From positions 1-51,957 of the IMG/VR virus record IMGVR_UViG_3300022743_000007: 51,957 nucleotides of DNA. The stretch is one strand, 5' to 3'. This document shows, in pieces, positions 9,175 through 19,001 of this stretch. The first letter of the stretch is position 1; each line of letters begins with the position of its first letter. The position numbers and the translations under genes are program-made. A model generated the notes under the pieces. It made no database searches. It was not told the DNA's origin and saw nothing but the letters and a program-made list of their open reading frames with translations. The stretch is from a virus. Taxonomy: Duplodnaviria; Caudoviricetes.

Positions 9175-9226
9175 CCCAAATTTTTCAATAGCAGCGTTGT
9201 TCCTCACCTAACTGAAAGGGGTATCA

Positions 9227-9496
9227 ATGCTGCAATCAACATCAGCAAATCGCGGTCCATCAGCCACTCTGGCGATGTCCGCGCCGGTGGCACCGCACGA
9301 GCGGCGCGTGCTCTCTGAAAACGAACTCGCCCAGCGCTGGGGCGTGAGCCCGAAGACGTTGCAACGCTGGCGCTCTGAAGGACGTGGTCCGCACTATCTG
9401 AAGCTTTCCAAGCGAGTGACCTATCCGCTGGAAGTGGTGACCGATTACGAGCACAGCGCGCTGCACGTCTCGACGTCCGAACGTGCGGTCAAGTGA
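9227..9496 (+). CDS. AlpA/excisionase-like HTH DNA-binding protein
   Basis: LSENELAQRWGVSPKTLQRWRSEGRGPHYLKLSKRVTY. Confidence 0.88.
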   Translation: MLQSTSANRGPSATLAMSAPVAPHERRVLSENELAQRWGVSPKTLQRWRSEGRGPHYLKLSKRVTYPLEVVTDYEHSALHVSTSERAVK

Positions 9497-9507
9497 GGGA
9501 GATGGCC

Positions 9508-9993
9508 ATGACTGACCTGACCATTTTCCCCGCCGACATTGCCGAAATGTCTGCAAGCCAACTGGCGGCGCTGTCCCCTGCCCAAAAGCAGGAAATCAAC
9601 CGCAATCTCGATGCCGCCATTGATTGGCTCAAGAAGGCGCGCATCAAGTTCGATGCCGCTTTGGAGCAGTCCTATGGCGAGCAGGCGCGCGCAGCTCGCA
9701 TCGAGGCCGGCAAGGATTTCGGTGCCGTCCATTTCACCGACGGTCCGCTGCGGATCACCGTCGATGTCCCCAAACGCGTGACGTGGGATCAAGCCGCACT
9801 GGCCGATTTCGCACAACGCATCGTTGCCGCCGGCGACAAGGTTGGCGACTTCATCGACATCGATTACTCGATTTCTGAGTCCCGCTTCAACGCCTGGCCC
9901 ACGACCTTGAAGGAAACCTTCGTCAAGGCTCGCACCGTCAAACCCGGCAAAACCTCTTACCGCCTTGCACTTGTACAGGAGAACCTCGCATGA
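9508..9993 (+). CDS. Phage hypothetical protein
   Basis: GAGGGAG RBS, tightly packed in the early operon. Confidence 0.8.
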   Translation: MTDLTIFPADIAEMSASQLAALSPAQKQEINRNLDAAIDWLKKARIKFDAALEQSYGEQARAARIEAGKDFGAVHFTDGPLRITVDVPKRVTWDQAALADFAQRIVAAGDKVGDFIDIDYSISESRFNAWPTTLKETFVKARTVKPGKTSYRLALVQENLA

Positions 9994-10280
9994 AAACCCC
10001 AACCCTGCATCAAACCCTTCAGGCCAAGCTCGGCGGCTACGTCGGCGAGCACCTCGGCACAAGCATCAGCTATGAGGATCGCTACGGCAACACGGTCGAG
10101 AAGCCGCTCCTGGACGCCACTCTCGACGAAGTCGCGTTCGCGATCCAGTCCCTGAGCCGCGAAAGCTCGGCGATTCATCGCCGCCGCAATGCCCTCGAAG
10201 CGCTTTACACGCTGGCGCGTGAGCACACCTACCCGGGCGCCGAAACGGTTGGCGATATCGCCGTGGGGGTGACGAAATGA
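9990..10280 (+). CDS. Phage hypothetical protein
   Basis: ATGA overlaps at both ends. Confidence 0.75.
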   Translation: MKTPTLHQTLQAKLGGYVGEHLGTSISYEDRYGNTVEKPLLDATLDEVAFAIQSLSRESSAIHRRRNALEALYTLAREHTYPGAETVGDIAVGVTK

Positions 10281-11026
10281 ATCAACTCGTCGCATTCAAT
10301 TTTGAGTCCAGCAATGTACGCGTGTGCATGGGTGAGAACGGCGAACCGATGTTTGTCGCAGCCGACGTACTGTCTACCCTGAGCCTTGATCGCAAAGCGC
10401 TGGAGCGCCTTGACGATGACGAAAAGGGGGTGAATTCAATTCACACCCCTGGCGGCCCGCAGGACATGACCGTGGTGAATGAGTCCGGCCTGTTCAATCT
10501 GGTGCTGGGCAGCCGCAAGCCCGAAGCCAAGCGCTTCAAACGCTGGGTCACTCACGAAGTGCTGCCCGCTATCCGAAAGACCGGGTCATATGCGTCAGCC
10601 GGATTGGTCGCCGCATTGCCATCGCCAACACAGGATCGCGTCAACGCCATTCTTTCTATCGGCGAGGCTATTGCCCGAGTCCCTGGCGTGAAGCCAGGCA
10701 TCGCCATGGCGGCCACGCTGACCGTGATCCATGAAAACACCGGTCTGGCCGTCGACTCCCTGCGCAAGGTTCTGCCGGCTGCCAACGAACCAATCTGCAG
10801 TTTGAATCCAACTCAGGTCGGTGAACGCGTCGGCATGTCCGCACGTGCGGTCAACACGCGGCTGCAGTCCTTGGGCTTTCAGTTCAAGAACGACCGCGAC
10901 GAATGGGAACTGACCGACGCTGGTCAGCAATGGGCTGAGGCCCTGCCGTTCTCGCGCAACGGCCACTCCGGTTACCAGATCCTCTGGAATCCGGCAGTGG
11001 TTGTGCAGATTCGTGAGGTGGCGTAA
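10277..11026 (+). CDS. BRO-N domain protein (antirepressor-like)
   Basis: EPMFVAADV, VNESGLFNLVLGSRKPEAKRFKRWVTHEVLPAIRKTGSY. Confidence 0.9.
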   Translation: MNQLVAFNFESSNVRVCMGENGEPMFVAADVLSTLSLDRKALERLDDDEKGVNSIHTPGGPQDMTVVNESGLFNLVLGSRKPEAKRFKRWVTHEVLPAIRKTGSYASAGLVAALPSPTQDRVNAILSIGEAIARVPGVKPGIAMAATLTVIHENTGLAVDSLRKVLPAANEPICSLNPTQVGERVGMSARAVNTRLQSLGFQFKNDRDEWELTDAGQQWAEALPFSRNGHSGYQILWNPAVVVQIREVA

Positions 11027-11847
11027 TGGCACTCCCAATCATCTCTGCCGAAGATCGGCTGAAAGAACGTCACAGCGCCAAAGTCGGACTGGTTGGTGTC
11101 CCGGGCGTGGGTAAAACCACGCAGCTCAAAACGCTGCCGCCTGAGACCACCCTGTTTGTGGATCTGGAAGCTGGCGACCTGTCGGTGCGTGACTGGCCTG
11201 GTGACACGGTGCGTCCGCGCACCTGGCCAGAATTTCGCGACCTGGTGGTTTTTCTTGCCGGCCCCATGCCCACGGCCAGCGCCGATCAGGCCTTCTCGCA
11301 GGCTCACTTTGAGCACGTCTGCACCAAGTTTGGCGAGCCAGCGCAACTGGCCAAGTACGACACCTACTTCGTCGACAGCCTGACCGTGCTCTCGCGCTTG
11401 TGCTTTGCCTGGTGCAAGACTCAGCCGCAGGCCATGAGCGAAAAGACCGGCAAGCCGGACAACAGGGGTGCATATGGACTCTTGGGCCAGGAAATGATCA
11501 CGGCGCTCACGCACCTGCAGCATGTCCGTGACAAGCACGTCATCTACGTCGCGATCTTGGAAGAGAAAACCGACGACTTCAACCGCCGCTACTACCAGCT
11601 GCAACTGGAAGGCAGTAAGACCGCACTGGAATTGCCCGGCGTGCTGGACGAGGTCGTCGTGCTCTCAGTTCTGAAGGCCGACGACGGTAGCAGCTACCGG
11701 GGCTTCGTCACCCGTGCGGACAACCCGTTTGGCTTCCCCGCAAAGGATCGCAGCGGCCGCTTGGAAGCCATCGAAGAGCCCCACCTCGGAAAACTTATCG
11801 CCAAGTGCCTCGGCCAGACCGCCCCGGCATCGGCCTCATCAAATTAA
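11026..11847 (+). CDS. AAA_24 / Sak4-like phage ATPase
   Basis: Walker A GVPGVGKT, FVDLEAG, YFVDSLT, AKDRSG. Confidence 0.85.
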   Translation: MALPIISAEDRLKERHSAKVGLVGVPGVGKTTQLKTLPPETTLFVDLEAGDLSVRDWPGDTVRPRTWPEFRDLVVFLAGPMPTASADQAFSQAHFEHVCTKFGEPAQLAKYDTYFVDSLTVLSRLCFAWCKTQPQAMSEKTGKPDNRGAYGLLGQEMITALTHLQHVRDKHVIYVAILEEKTDDFNRRYYQLQLEGSKTALELPGVLDEVVVLSVLKADDGSSYRGFVTRADNPFGFPAKDRSGRLEAIEEPHLGKLIAKCLGQTAPASASSN

Positions 11848-11857
11848 AGGAAATGCC

Positions 11858-12487
11858 ATGAACGCCAATACCTCCAGCAACTGGAACGATTTCAACGACG
11901 CCGAAGCCCAGCACGGCGCATTCGACCTGATCCCCAAGGGCACCATCGTGCCGCTGCGCATGACCATCAAACCCGGTGGCCATGATGACCACAGCCAGGG
12001 TTGGACAGGTGGTTACGCCACCGAGTCCTTTGACACAGGGGCGGTTTATCTCGCTTGCGAATTCGTCGTCACCGGTGGCCCGTTTGCCAAACGTAAGATG
12101 TGGTCGAACGTCGGACTGCACTCCAAGAAGGGGCCGACCTGGGGCCAGATGGGACGCAGCTTTATCCGCGCCGCGCTCAATAGCTCGCGCAACGTCCACC
12201 CGCAGGACAACACGCCGCAAGCGGCTGCCGCGCGCCGTATCAACAGCTTTGCGGATCTGGACGGCATCGAGTTCATCGCTCGGGTCGATGTGGAGAAGGA
12301 CGCCAAGGGTGAAGACCGCAACGTTGTGAAGCTGGCCATTGAGCCGGATCACAAAGATTACACGGCACTTATGGGTGGCGTGACCAAGACGGTCGCTGGC
12401 ACGGGTCACGCGGCGTCGGCAGCACCAGTTGCACCAGCACGTCCGACTCCAGCGTCTGCGACTGGCAAACCGGCGTGGGCACAGTGA
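11858..12487 (+). CDS. Putative ssDNA-binding protein (DUF669-like)
   Basis: Follows the ATPase; FDLIPKG and a low-complexity tail ending KPAWAQ; start reassigned to 11858. Confidence 0.6.
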   Translation: MNANTSSNWNDFNDAEAQHGAFDLIPKGTIVPLRMTIKPGGHDDHSQGWTGGYATESFDTGAVYLACEFVVTGGPFAKRKMWSNVGLHSKKGPTWGQMGRSFIRAALNSSRNVHPQDNTPQAAAARRINSFADLDGIEFIARVDVEKDAKGEDRNVVKLAIEPDHKDYTALMGGVTKTVAGTGHAASAAPVAPARPTPASATGKPAWAQ

Positions 12488-12499
12488 TGCGAGCCCGCC

Positions 12500-13003
12500 A
12501 TGAAATGCTGGGTCTGCTCACGTCAGGCACGCGGCTTCGGCCATACGGAGAACCGGCACCGGGTGGGCGACCCCCGGCGCTACCCAATCGACTGGGTGTT
12601 CTGCTCACGCCGCTGCCAGGACGCGTTTCACAAGCTGTACGGGTCCTGGACCCGGGCGCTGGATCAGGGTCTACCGCCGGAGGCTGCCATGGTTGATGCC
12701 ACGCCTCTGGAAAAAGCGGCCATGCGCATGTGCCTCAGGTTCTTCGGTGAAGCGGCTGCGGCCATCGGCTTCGACAAGCCCCTCGGGGCTTACTCCGAAA
12801 CGGAGGCACTGTCCGTGATCGAAGCCATCGTCACTGCCTACGTCGATGAGATGGCTGCGCAGCATGAACGCACCAAGTATCCGCCAGTGCGTATGCCGGG
12901 TACGACGCCTGTCAACGATCCCATCCGCGAGTCGCTACCGCCCGTGCAAGAGAACCCGTTCGCGGACATGGCGGATGACCTGCCATGGGAGACCACACCA
13001 TGA
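12500..13003 (+). CDS. DUF6511-like phage protein with Cys-rich N-terminus
   Basis: CWVC...FCSRRCQ, DKPLGAYSETEALSVIEAIVT, DDLPW. Confidence 0.65.
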   Translation: MKCWVCSRQARGFGHTENRHRVGDPRRYPIDWVFCSRRCQDAFHKLYGSWTRALDQGLPPEAAMVDATPLEKAAMRMCLRFFGEAAAAIGFDKPLGAYSETEALSVIEAIVTAYVDEMAAQHERTKYPPVRMPGTTPVNDPIRESLPPVQENPFADMADDLPWETTP

Positions 13004-13737
13004 TCGATTTCAATTCATCAGCCAGTCTCTCGGGCCGATTGCAGGAACTGTTCGACATTGCACTGGAAGCCGAACGGGATGCAACGCCACAGCGTGAGTA
13101 CCTGGGGGCATCGCGCCTGGGTGCGGCCTGCGAGCGCCAACTGCAGTATGAGTACGTTCACGCACCGGTCGATCACGGCAAGGGATTCTCAGGGCGACTG
13201 CTGCGCATTTTCGAGCGCGGCCACCGCACCGAGGACATGGTGATCCGCTGGTTGCGCATGGCGGGCTTTCACCTTAAGACCGAAGACGCCAACGGCCATC
13301 AGTTCGGCTTCTCGGTGGCTGGCGGTCGCTTGCGCGGCCATGTGGATGGCGTACTGATTGCCGGGCCCGATGGCTTTGCCTACCCGTCCTTGTGGGAGAA
13401 CAAGTGTCTCGGTGCCAAGTCCTGGCGTGATGTTGAAAAACACAAGCTGGCGGTATCCAAACCCATCTATGCCGCGCAGATAGCGCTGTACCAGAGCTAC
13501 CTCGAGTTGCACGAGCACCCGGCGCTCTTCACCGCCGTCAACGCAGACACGATGGAGATCTACGCCGAGTTGATTCCATTCGACGCGTCGCTGGCGCAGC
13601 GCATGTCGGACCGTGCTGCGCGCGTGATCACCGCCAGTGAGGCGGGTGATCTTCTGCCGCGCTCGTTTACCGATTCCACCCATTTCGAATGCAAGTTCTG
13701 CGCGTGGGCAGACCGTTGCTGGAGGACCAACCCATGA
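13000..13737 (+). CDS. PD-(D/E)XK exonuclease (Cas4-like fold, phage recombination)
   Basis: YLGASRLGAACER, GHVDG, WENK, YAAQIALY, CKFCAWADRC. Confidence 0.82.
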   Translation: MIDFNSSASLSGRLQELFDIALEAERDATPQREYLGASRLGAACERQLQYEYVHAPVDHGKGFSGRLLRIFERGHRTEDMVIRWLRMAGFHLKTEDANGHQFGFSVAGGRLRGHVDGVLIAGPDGFAYPSLWENKCLGAKSWRDVEKHKLAVSKPIYAAQIALYQSYLELHEHPALFTAVNADTMEIYAELIPFDASLAQRMSDRAARVITASEAGDLLPRSFTDSTHFECKFCAWADRCWRTNP

Positions 13738-13985
13738 AATCCACCTCACTCCATCCCCCTGTGGCCAGGGAGCCGTTCGTTGATGCCCGCGAAGCGGCCT
13801 ACACCATGAATCTGCCGATGTACTACATGACCAACGCCAGGCAGCGCACCAGGCTGCATATCCCGTACTACCGGATTGGTCGCATGATCCGCTTCAAGCT
13901 TTCGGAGCTTGCCGAGTGGCAGCAGCTGCACGGCAGCACGACGTCCGCCGACCCCGCAGCCGGAGGCGAGGTGTCCGATGATTGA
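13734..13985 (+). CDS. Small HTH DNA-binding protein
   Basis: VDAREAA...IPYYRIGRMIRFKLSELAEW, excisionase-like. Confidence 0.75.
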   Translation: MKSTSLHPPVAREPFVDAREAAYTMNLPMYYMTNARQRTRLHIPYYRIGRMIRFKLSELAEWQQLHGSTTSADPAAGGEVSDD

Positions 13986-16287
13986 TCAGGGACATCCGGA
14001 CCCGCTGGATTTTAATGACTGCGCAGCGCCAGTTGAAATGGATCGCGGTGCCGAGCGCAATGCGACCCGAACTGCGTTGTTGACGCGGCTTGAATCGGTG
14101 CTGTCCACGATTTTCCCCGCCGGAAAGGTCCGGCGCGGGAAGTTCCATATTGGCGACATCTTGGGCAGCCCCGGCGACAGCCTGGAAATCGTGGTCGACG
14201 GCGATAAAGCCGGTCTGTGGACCGACCGCGCGACCGGCGATGGCGGCGACATCTTTGATTTGCTGGCGCGGCACATGTCGGTTGACGTGCACGCTGATTT
14301 CGCACGCGTGTTGCAGTACGCCGGCGAATTGGCCGGTCGCGCCAATCTCACGCCAGCGCGCAAAGTCAAACGCGAAGCGCCAGTGGACGATCTTGGTCAG
14401 GCCACCGCCAAGTGGGATTACCTCGATGCCAACGGAGCCTTGATCGCTGTGGTGTACCGGTACGACCCGCCCGGGCAACGCAAGGAGTTCCGGCCATGGG
14501 ATGCCAAACGCCGCAAAATGGCACCACCCAATCCCCGTCCGCTGTACCACCAGCCGGGCTTGGTTGCGGCCCACCAGATCATTCTGGTCGAGGGTGAGAA
14601 GTGCGCGCAGGCCTTGATCGACTTGGGGCTTTGCGCAACCACCGCCATGCACGGTGCCAATGCACCAGTCGACAAGACCGACTGGTCACCCTTGGAGGGT
14701 AAGGTCGTGCTGATCTGGCCCGACCGTGACAAACCAGGATGGGAGTATGCCGATCGCGCCTCGCAGGCGATTCTGGCCGCTGGCGCTGAGTCCGTTGCCA
14801 TCTTATATCCGCCAGCGGAAAAGCCCGACGGATGGGATGCGGCCGATGCGATTGCCGAGGGTTTTGACGTTCAGGGATTCCTGATGGCCGGTGACCGCGT
14901 GCCGGTGGCTGTTCAAAGCGATGCGCCGATCGAGGACAAGCTGGTCGAGGGGATCGACTGGACCACCGAGGACGGGCTGGCCACCGCCTTCACGCGCCGC
15001 TACGGTGAGGACTGGCGTTACTGCGCCCAATGGGGCAAGTGGCTTGTGTGGACCGGGATCCGCTGGAATCCGGATCAGTTGCTCTACATCCAGCATCTGT
15101 CGCGCAACATTTGCCGGGCCGCTTCGTTCAAGGCCGACACGCCGCGTTTGCGTGCGCGTCTGGCCAGCTCGTCCACCATCAGCGCGGTGGAGCGTATCGC
15201 ACGCAGTGATCCCAAGCATGCTTCCATGGCTGAACACTGGGATGCCGACGTCTGGCTGCTGAACACGCCCGGTGGTGTGGTGGATCTGCGCACTGGCGTC
15301 ATTCGCTCGCATGACCGTGCTGACCGGATGACCAAGGTCTGCACTGCTGTGCCGCAAGGGGACTGCCCCACCTGGCGCGGCTTCCTGTCGGATGTGACGG
15401 GAGGCGATGCGGAACTGATGGTCTATCTGCAGCGCATGGTGGGCTACTGCCTGACTGGGGTGACCAGCGAGCACGCGCTGTTCTTCCTGTTCGGCACGGG
15501 TGCCAATGGCAAGTCGGTGTTCGTCAATGTAATCGCCACCATCCTGGGGGACTACGCCGCCAACGCGCCCATGGACACGTTCATGGAAACACGGTCGGAC
15601 CGGCATCCCACTGATCTGGCGGGTCTGCGCGGCGCGCGATTTGTCGCATCGATTGAGACCGAGCAGGGTCGGCGCTGGAACGAATCCAAGATTAAGACCA
15701 TCACCGGTGGCGACAAGGTGTCGGCGCGCTTCATGCGCCAGGACTTCTTCGACTACACGCCGCACTTCAAGCTAGTCATTGCCGGCAACCACAAACCGTC
15801 CATCCGCAATGTAGACGAGGCCATGAAGCGGCGTCTGCATCTGATTCCCTTCACGGTGACCATTCCGCCCGAACGGCGCGACGGCAAGCTTACCGAGAAG
15901 CTGCTGCAGGAGCGCGACGGCATTCTGGCGTGGGCCTTGGAGGGTTGTTTGCTGTGGCAGCAGTCTGGCCTGAAACAGCCGCAAAGCGTCATGGATGCAA
16001 CCGAAGAGTATTTCGAGGCCGAGGACGCCATGGGGCGCTGGATCGAAGACCGCTGCCTTTTGCATGGCAACGCCAAGGCGCTGACGTTCGAGCTGTTCAA
16101 CGACTGGAAGCAGTGGGCCGAGACCAACGGCGAGTTTCTCGGTTCCATGCGCCGCTTCTCAGATGCGCTCTTGACACGCCGCTTCGAGAAATGGCGCAAC
16201 AGCTTGGGCATGCGCGGCTTTGTTGGCATCGGTCTCAAGGAGCCGACCAACCTCCCACGCGCAAGCTACCCCTACAACGACAACTGA
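13978..16287 (+). CDS. TOPRIM primase fused to a D5/P4-family SF3 helicase
   Basis: VEGEKCA and WPDRD (TOPRIM); LLNTPGGVVDLRTG; Walker A GTGANGKS; ARFMRQDFF; GNHKP. Confidence 0.92.
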   Translation: MIDQGHPDPLDFNDCAAPVEMDRGAERNATRTALLTRLESVLSTIFPAGKVRRGKFHIGDILGSPGDSLEIVVDGDKAGLWTDRATGDGGDIFDLLARHMSVDVHADFARVLQYAGELAGRANLTPARKVKREAPVDDLGQATAKWDYLDANGALIAVVYRYDPPGQRKEFRPWDAKRRKMAPPNPRPLYHQPGLVAAHQIILVEGEKCAQALIDLGLCATTAMHGANAPVDKTDWSPLEGKVVLIWPDRDKPGWEYADRASQAILAAGAESVAILYPPAEKPDGWDAADAIAEGFDVQGFLMAGDRVPVAVQSDAPIEDKLVEGIDWTTEDGLATAFTRRYGEDWRYCAQWGKWLVWTGIRWNPDQLLYIQHLSRNICRAASFKADTPRLRARLASSSTISAVERIARSDPKHASMAEHWDADVWLLNTPGGVVDLRTGVIRSHDRADRMTKVCTAVPQGDCPTWRGFLSDVTGGDAELMVYLQRMVGYCLTGVTSEHALFFLFGTGANGKSVFVNVIATILGDYAANAPMDTFMETRSDRHPTDLAGLRGARFVASIETEQGRRWNESKIKTITGGDKVSARFMRQDFFDYTPHFKLVIAGNHKPSIRNVDEAMKRRLHLIPFTVTIPPERRDGKLTEKLLQERDGILAWALEGCLLWQQSGLKQPQSVMDATEEYFEAEDAMGRWIEDRCLLHGNAKALTFELFNDWKQWAETNGEFLGSMRRFSDALLTRRFEKWRNSLGMRGFVGIGLKEPTNLPRASYPYNDN

Positions 16288-16297
16288 GGGACAGGTC

Positions 16298-16927
16298 ATG
16301 ACAAAAATTCCAAATAACAGCCACGGCCTGACGCATCCGACAACCCAAAACATTAACTTGCTACACGTGCGCGCGGGCGCACCTAAAGAGAAGTTACGTT
16401 ATTCCGAGTCCGATGCGTCAGGCCCTGTCGGCACCACCATCGGATCGGCCACGAAAGCGGGTTACGCGCTGACCATTCTGGCGATCGATCTCGGGACCAC
16501 GACCGGGTGGGCCGTGCGTGCGCGTGACCACCAGATCGCCCACGGTTTCGTCAGCTTCAAGCCGCAACGGTTCGAAGGCGGCGGCATGCGCTTCCTGCGG
16601 TTCAAGCGCTGGTTGTCGGAAATTCACGCCCTGATAAACGACATCCATGCAGTGTACTTCGAGGAGGTGCGTCGCCATGCAGGTGTCGATGCCGCACACG
16701 TCTACGGCGGTTTGATGGCCACGCTCACCACCTGGTGCGAGCACCGCAACATCCCGTACCAGGGTGTGCCAGTCGGGACGATCAAGAAGCATGCGACAGG
16801 CAAAGGCAATGCCGGTAAGGACGAGGTCATTGCCGCCATGCGTGTCAAAGGACATCCAGTGTCGGATGACAACGAAGCTGATGCCTTGGCCTTGTTGCAC
16901 TGGGCAATCGAAACCCAGGAGGCATGA
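16298..16927 (+). CDS. RuvC-like Holliday junction resolvase
   Basis: ILAIDLGTTTGWA, YFEEV, IKKHATGKGNAGK, DNEADALA; true start uncertain. Confidence 0.8.
   Translation: MTKIPNNSHGLTHPTTQNINLLHVRAGAPKEKLRYSESDASGPVGTTIGSATKAGYALTILAIDLGTTTGWAVRARDHQIAHGFVSFKPQRFEGGGMRFLRFKRWLSEIHALINDIHAVYFEEVRRHAGVDAAHVYGGLMATLTTWCEHRNIPYQGVPVGTIKKHATGKGNAGKDEVIAAMRVKGHPVSDDNEADALALLHWAIETQEA
16325..16424. repeat. 17-bp inverted repeat (1 mismatch) after the primase gene; candidate replication origin
   Basis: GGCCTGACGCATCcGAC (16325-16341) / GTCCGATGCGTCAGGCC (16408-16424) flanking TACACGTGCGCGCG. Confidence 0.6.
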
Positions 16928-16928
16928 C

Positions 16929-17132
16929 ATGAAAACACCGCAAGCGCAGTACCCGTCGCCCTTAGGCCGCATGCAAGGCGAGCATGTTGATCTGGATGCC
17001 GTGAAGCAGCGTGGCTGGCAGGAGCAGCACATCCTCGTTGTGTCGGAGGCGGATGATCGACTTGGCGTGATCGAGCGCCAACTGATTCGCATCATTGGGG
17101 ATCGTCTGTACGGGAGGACTCGGCATGGCTAA
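16929..17132 (+). CDS. Small phage hypothetical protein
   Basis: AGGAGG RBS, packed between neighbours. Confidence 0.7.
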   Translation: MKTPQAQYPSPLGRMQGEHVDLDAVKQRGWQEQHILVVSEADDRLGVIERQLIRIIGDRLYGRTRHG

Positions 17133-17514
17133 AAATCGCGTTGTCTGGTCTGTCGACGATGTCGCTGCACGTTTTCATGAGGCGGTGGTCACTGGTCGTC
17201 GCCTGCCACCAGTCCGTGTCCAAGGCTACTTCAACCTGTGGCCGCCGATGGTGCGGCAGGAGTGGGAGCGTTTTGCCGATCACGACCGCGTCATTCGGTT
17301 TCCGCCAGATCCCAAGGACGTCGACCAGATGCTGGAGGCCATGGGCTGGGTGCAGTGGCTGGAGGTGGAAAGCCGGCATCTGGTCTGGATGCGCGCGGAC
17401 AACTACGAGTGGAATGAGATCGGCAGGCGATTCGGGTGCTGTCGCACGACAGCCTGGCGGCGTTGGAAGTTGTCGATTCAGATCGTTGTCGAGCGATTGA
17501 ATGCCCAAGCGTGA
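17125..17514 (+). CDS. DUF6362-like protein, putative late-gene regulator
   Basis: RLPPVRVQGYFNLWP, LVWMRA...WNEIGRRFGCCRTTAWRRW (HTH); last gene before the late region. Confidence 0.7.
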   Translation: MAKNRVVWSVDDVAARFHEAVVTGRRLPPVRVQGYFNLWPPMVRQEWERFADHDRVIRFPPDPKDVDQMLEAMGWVQWLEVESRHLVWMRADNYEWNEIGRRFGCCRTTAWRRWKLSIQIVVERLNAQA

Positions 17515-17692
17515 ATTGGCGGGATTTGGCGGGTGTGCGAGGTGCTATTGCATGTCATGCGTACATCTGCGGCGCAAGCCTCCATTTGAGCGTGCAACAC
17601 ATTGGGGTGCTTTGCGTTACTATTTCGGCTATCTTCTGGACAGACGTGTGAGCAATGCCAAGTGGCATCGCAATACGGCTGACCGACACCAC

Positions 17693-17737
17693 AAACCCGC
17701 TCTGAGCACCATGCTCTCAGCGGGTTTCTGCATTTCT
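17693..17737 (+). terminator. Hairpin / possible terminator before the late operon
   Basis: AAACCCGCT...AGCGGGTTT stem with an inner GAGCA/TGCTC stem. Confidence 0.55.
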
Positions 17738-17747
17738 GGACCCATTG

Positions 17748-19001
17748 ATGCCATCCCTGCAAATTCACTATCGACCAGTTGAGTCGCTTATTCCGTACGC
17801 GCGCAATGCAAAGCAACACACGGACGCGCAGGTGGCGCAGATTGCTGCCAGCATTCGCGAGTTTGGATGGGGTGCTCCCATTCTGGTCGATGGGAAAAAC
17901 AATGTGATCGCGGGTCACGGACGATTGCTCGCCGCACGTAAGCTCGGCATGAGCGAAGTCCCCGTCGTTCCGATGGATCATCTCACCGATATCCAGCGCC
18001 GCGCCCTCATCCTTGCCGACAACAAAATTGGCGAGAACGCTTCCTGGGAAGAAGAACTCCTGGGACTGGAATTGGCTGAGTTGCAAAGCAGCGGATTCGA
18101 TCTTGGCATCACCGGTTTCAGTCCCGATGAATGGGACGCGTTGATCGCCGGTGACACCGACAACGACGGACTGACCGATGAGGATCAGGTTCCAGAAGTT
18201 ACCGAGAACCCGATCTCCCGCGCTGGGGATGTTTGGCTTCTTGGCGAGCACAAGGTGCTGTGCGGCGATGCTACCAAGGCCGAGGACTACAAAGCGCTGT
18301 TGGGTGACGAACTGGTGGACATGACATTCACGGATCCACCCTACAACGTCAATTACGCCAACACGGCTAAGGACAAAATGCGTGGCAAGAATCGTCCGAT
18401 CCTGAACGACAACATGGGAGATGGTTTTGGTGCCTTTCTGCTAGCGGCCTGTCAGAACATTTTGAATGTCACCAAGGGCGCGGTCTACATCGCCATGAGT
18501 TCCTCGGAACTAGACACTTTGCAGTCGGCCTTCCGTGCTGCCGGTGGCAAGTGGTCGACATTCGTGATTTGGGCCAAGAACACCTTCACCATGGGGCGGG
18601 CGGACTACCAGCGCCAGTACGAGCCAATACTGTATGGTTGGCGCGATGGTGCCGACCACTACTGGTGTGGTGCGCGCGACCAGGGTGATGTCTGGCAAAT
18701 CAAGAAGCCGCACAAGAACGACCTGCATCCAACCATGAAGCCGGTGGAGCTAGTCGAGCGCGCCGTGCGCAACAGCAGCAAGACGCGGGATCTGATTCTT
18801 GACCCGTTTGGCGGCTCCGGCTCCAGTCTGATTGCTTGCGAGAAATCAGGACGTCGGGCACGACTGATCGAACTCGATCCGAAGTACGTGGATGTGATCG
18901 TCAAGCGCTGGCAGGACTTCACCGGCGCTGAGGCGACTCGTGCCGGTGATGGCGCGCAATTCAATACGCTGGCCAATCTGGCTCAGCCGGCGATCCGGTA
19001 G
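17748..19001 (+). CDS. ParB-like N-terminal domain fused to an N6/N4 DNA methyltransferase
   Basis: LIPYARNA, IIAGHGR-like IAGHGRL, LADN (ParB); TDPPY, HPTMKP, LDPFGGSGS. Confidence 0.92.
   Translation: MPSLQIHYRPVESLIPYARNAKQHTDAQVAQIAASIREFGWGAPILVDGKNNVIAGHGRLLAARKLGMSEVPVVPMDHLTDIQRRALILADNKIGENASWEEELLGLELAELQSSGFDLGITGFSPDEWDALIAGDTDNDGLTDEDQVPEVTENPISRAGDVWLLGEHKVLCGDATKAEDYKALLGDELVDMTFTDPPYNVNYANTAKDKMRGKNRPILNDNMGDGFGAFLLAACQNILNVTKGAVYIAMSSSELDTLQSAFRAAGGKWSTFVIWAKNTFTMGRADYQRQYEPILYGWRDGADHYWCGARDQGDVWQIKKPHKNDLHPTMKPVELVERAVRNSSKTRDLILDPFGGSGSSLIACEKSGRRARLIELDPKYVDVIVKRWQDFTGAEATRAGDGAQFNTLANLAQPAIR

Noticed and set aside
13000-13737. Cas4-like nuclease as evidence for a CRISPR-Cas system
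   Set aside because: Sits in a phage recombination operon; no cas1/cas2 or repeat-spacer array anywhere in the window.
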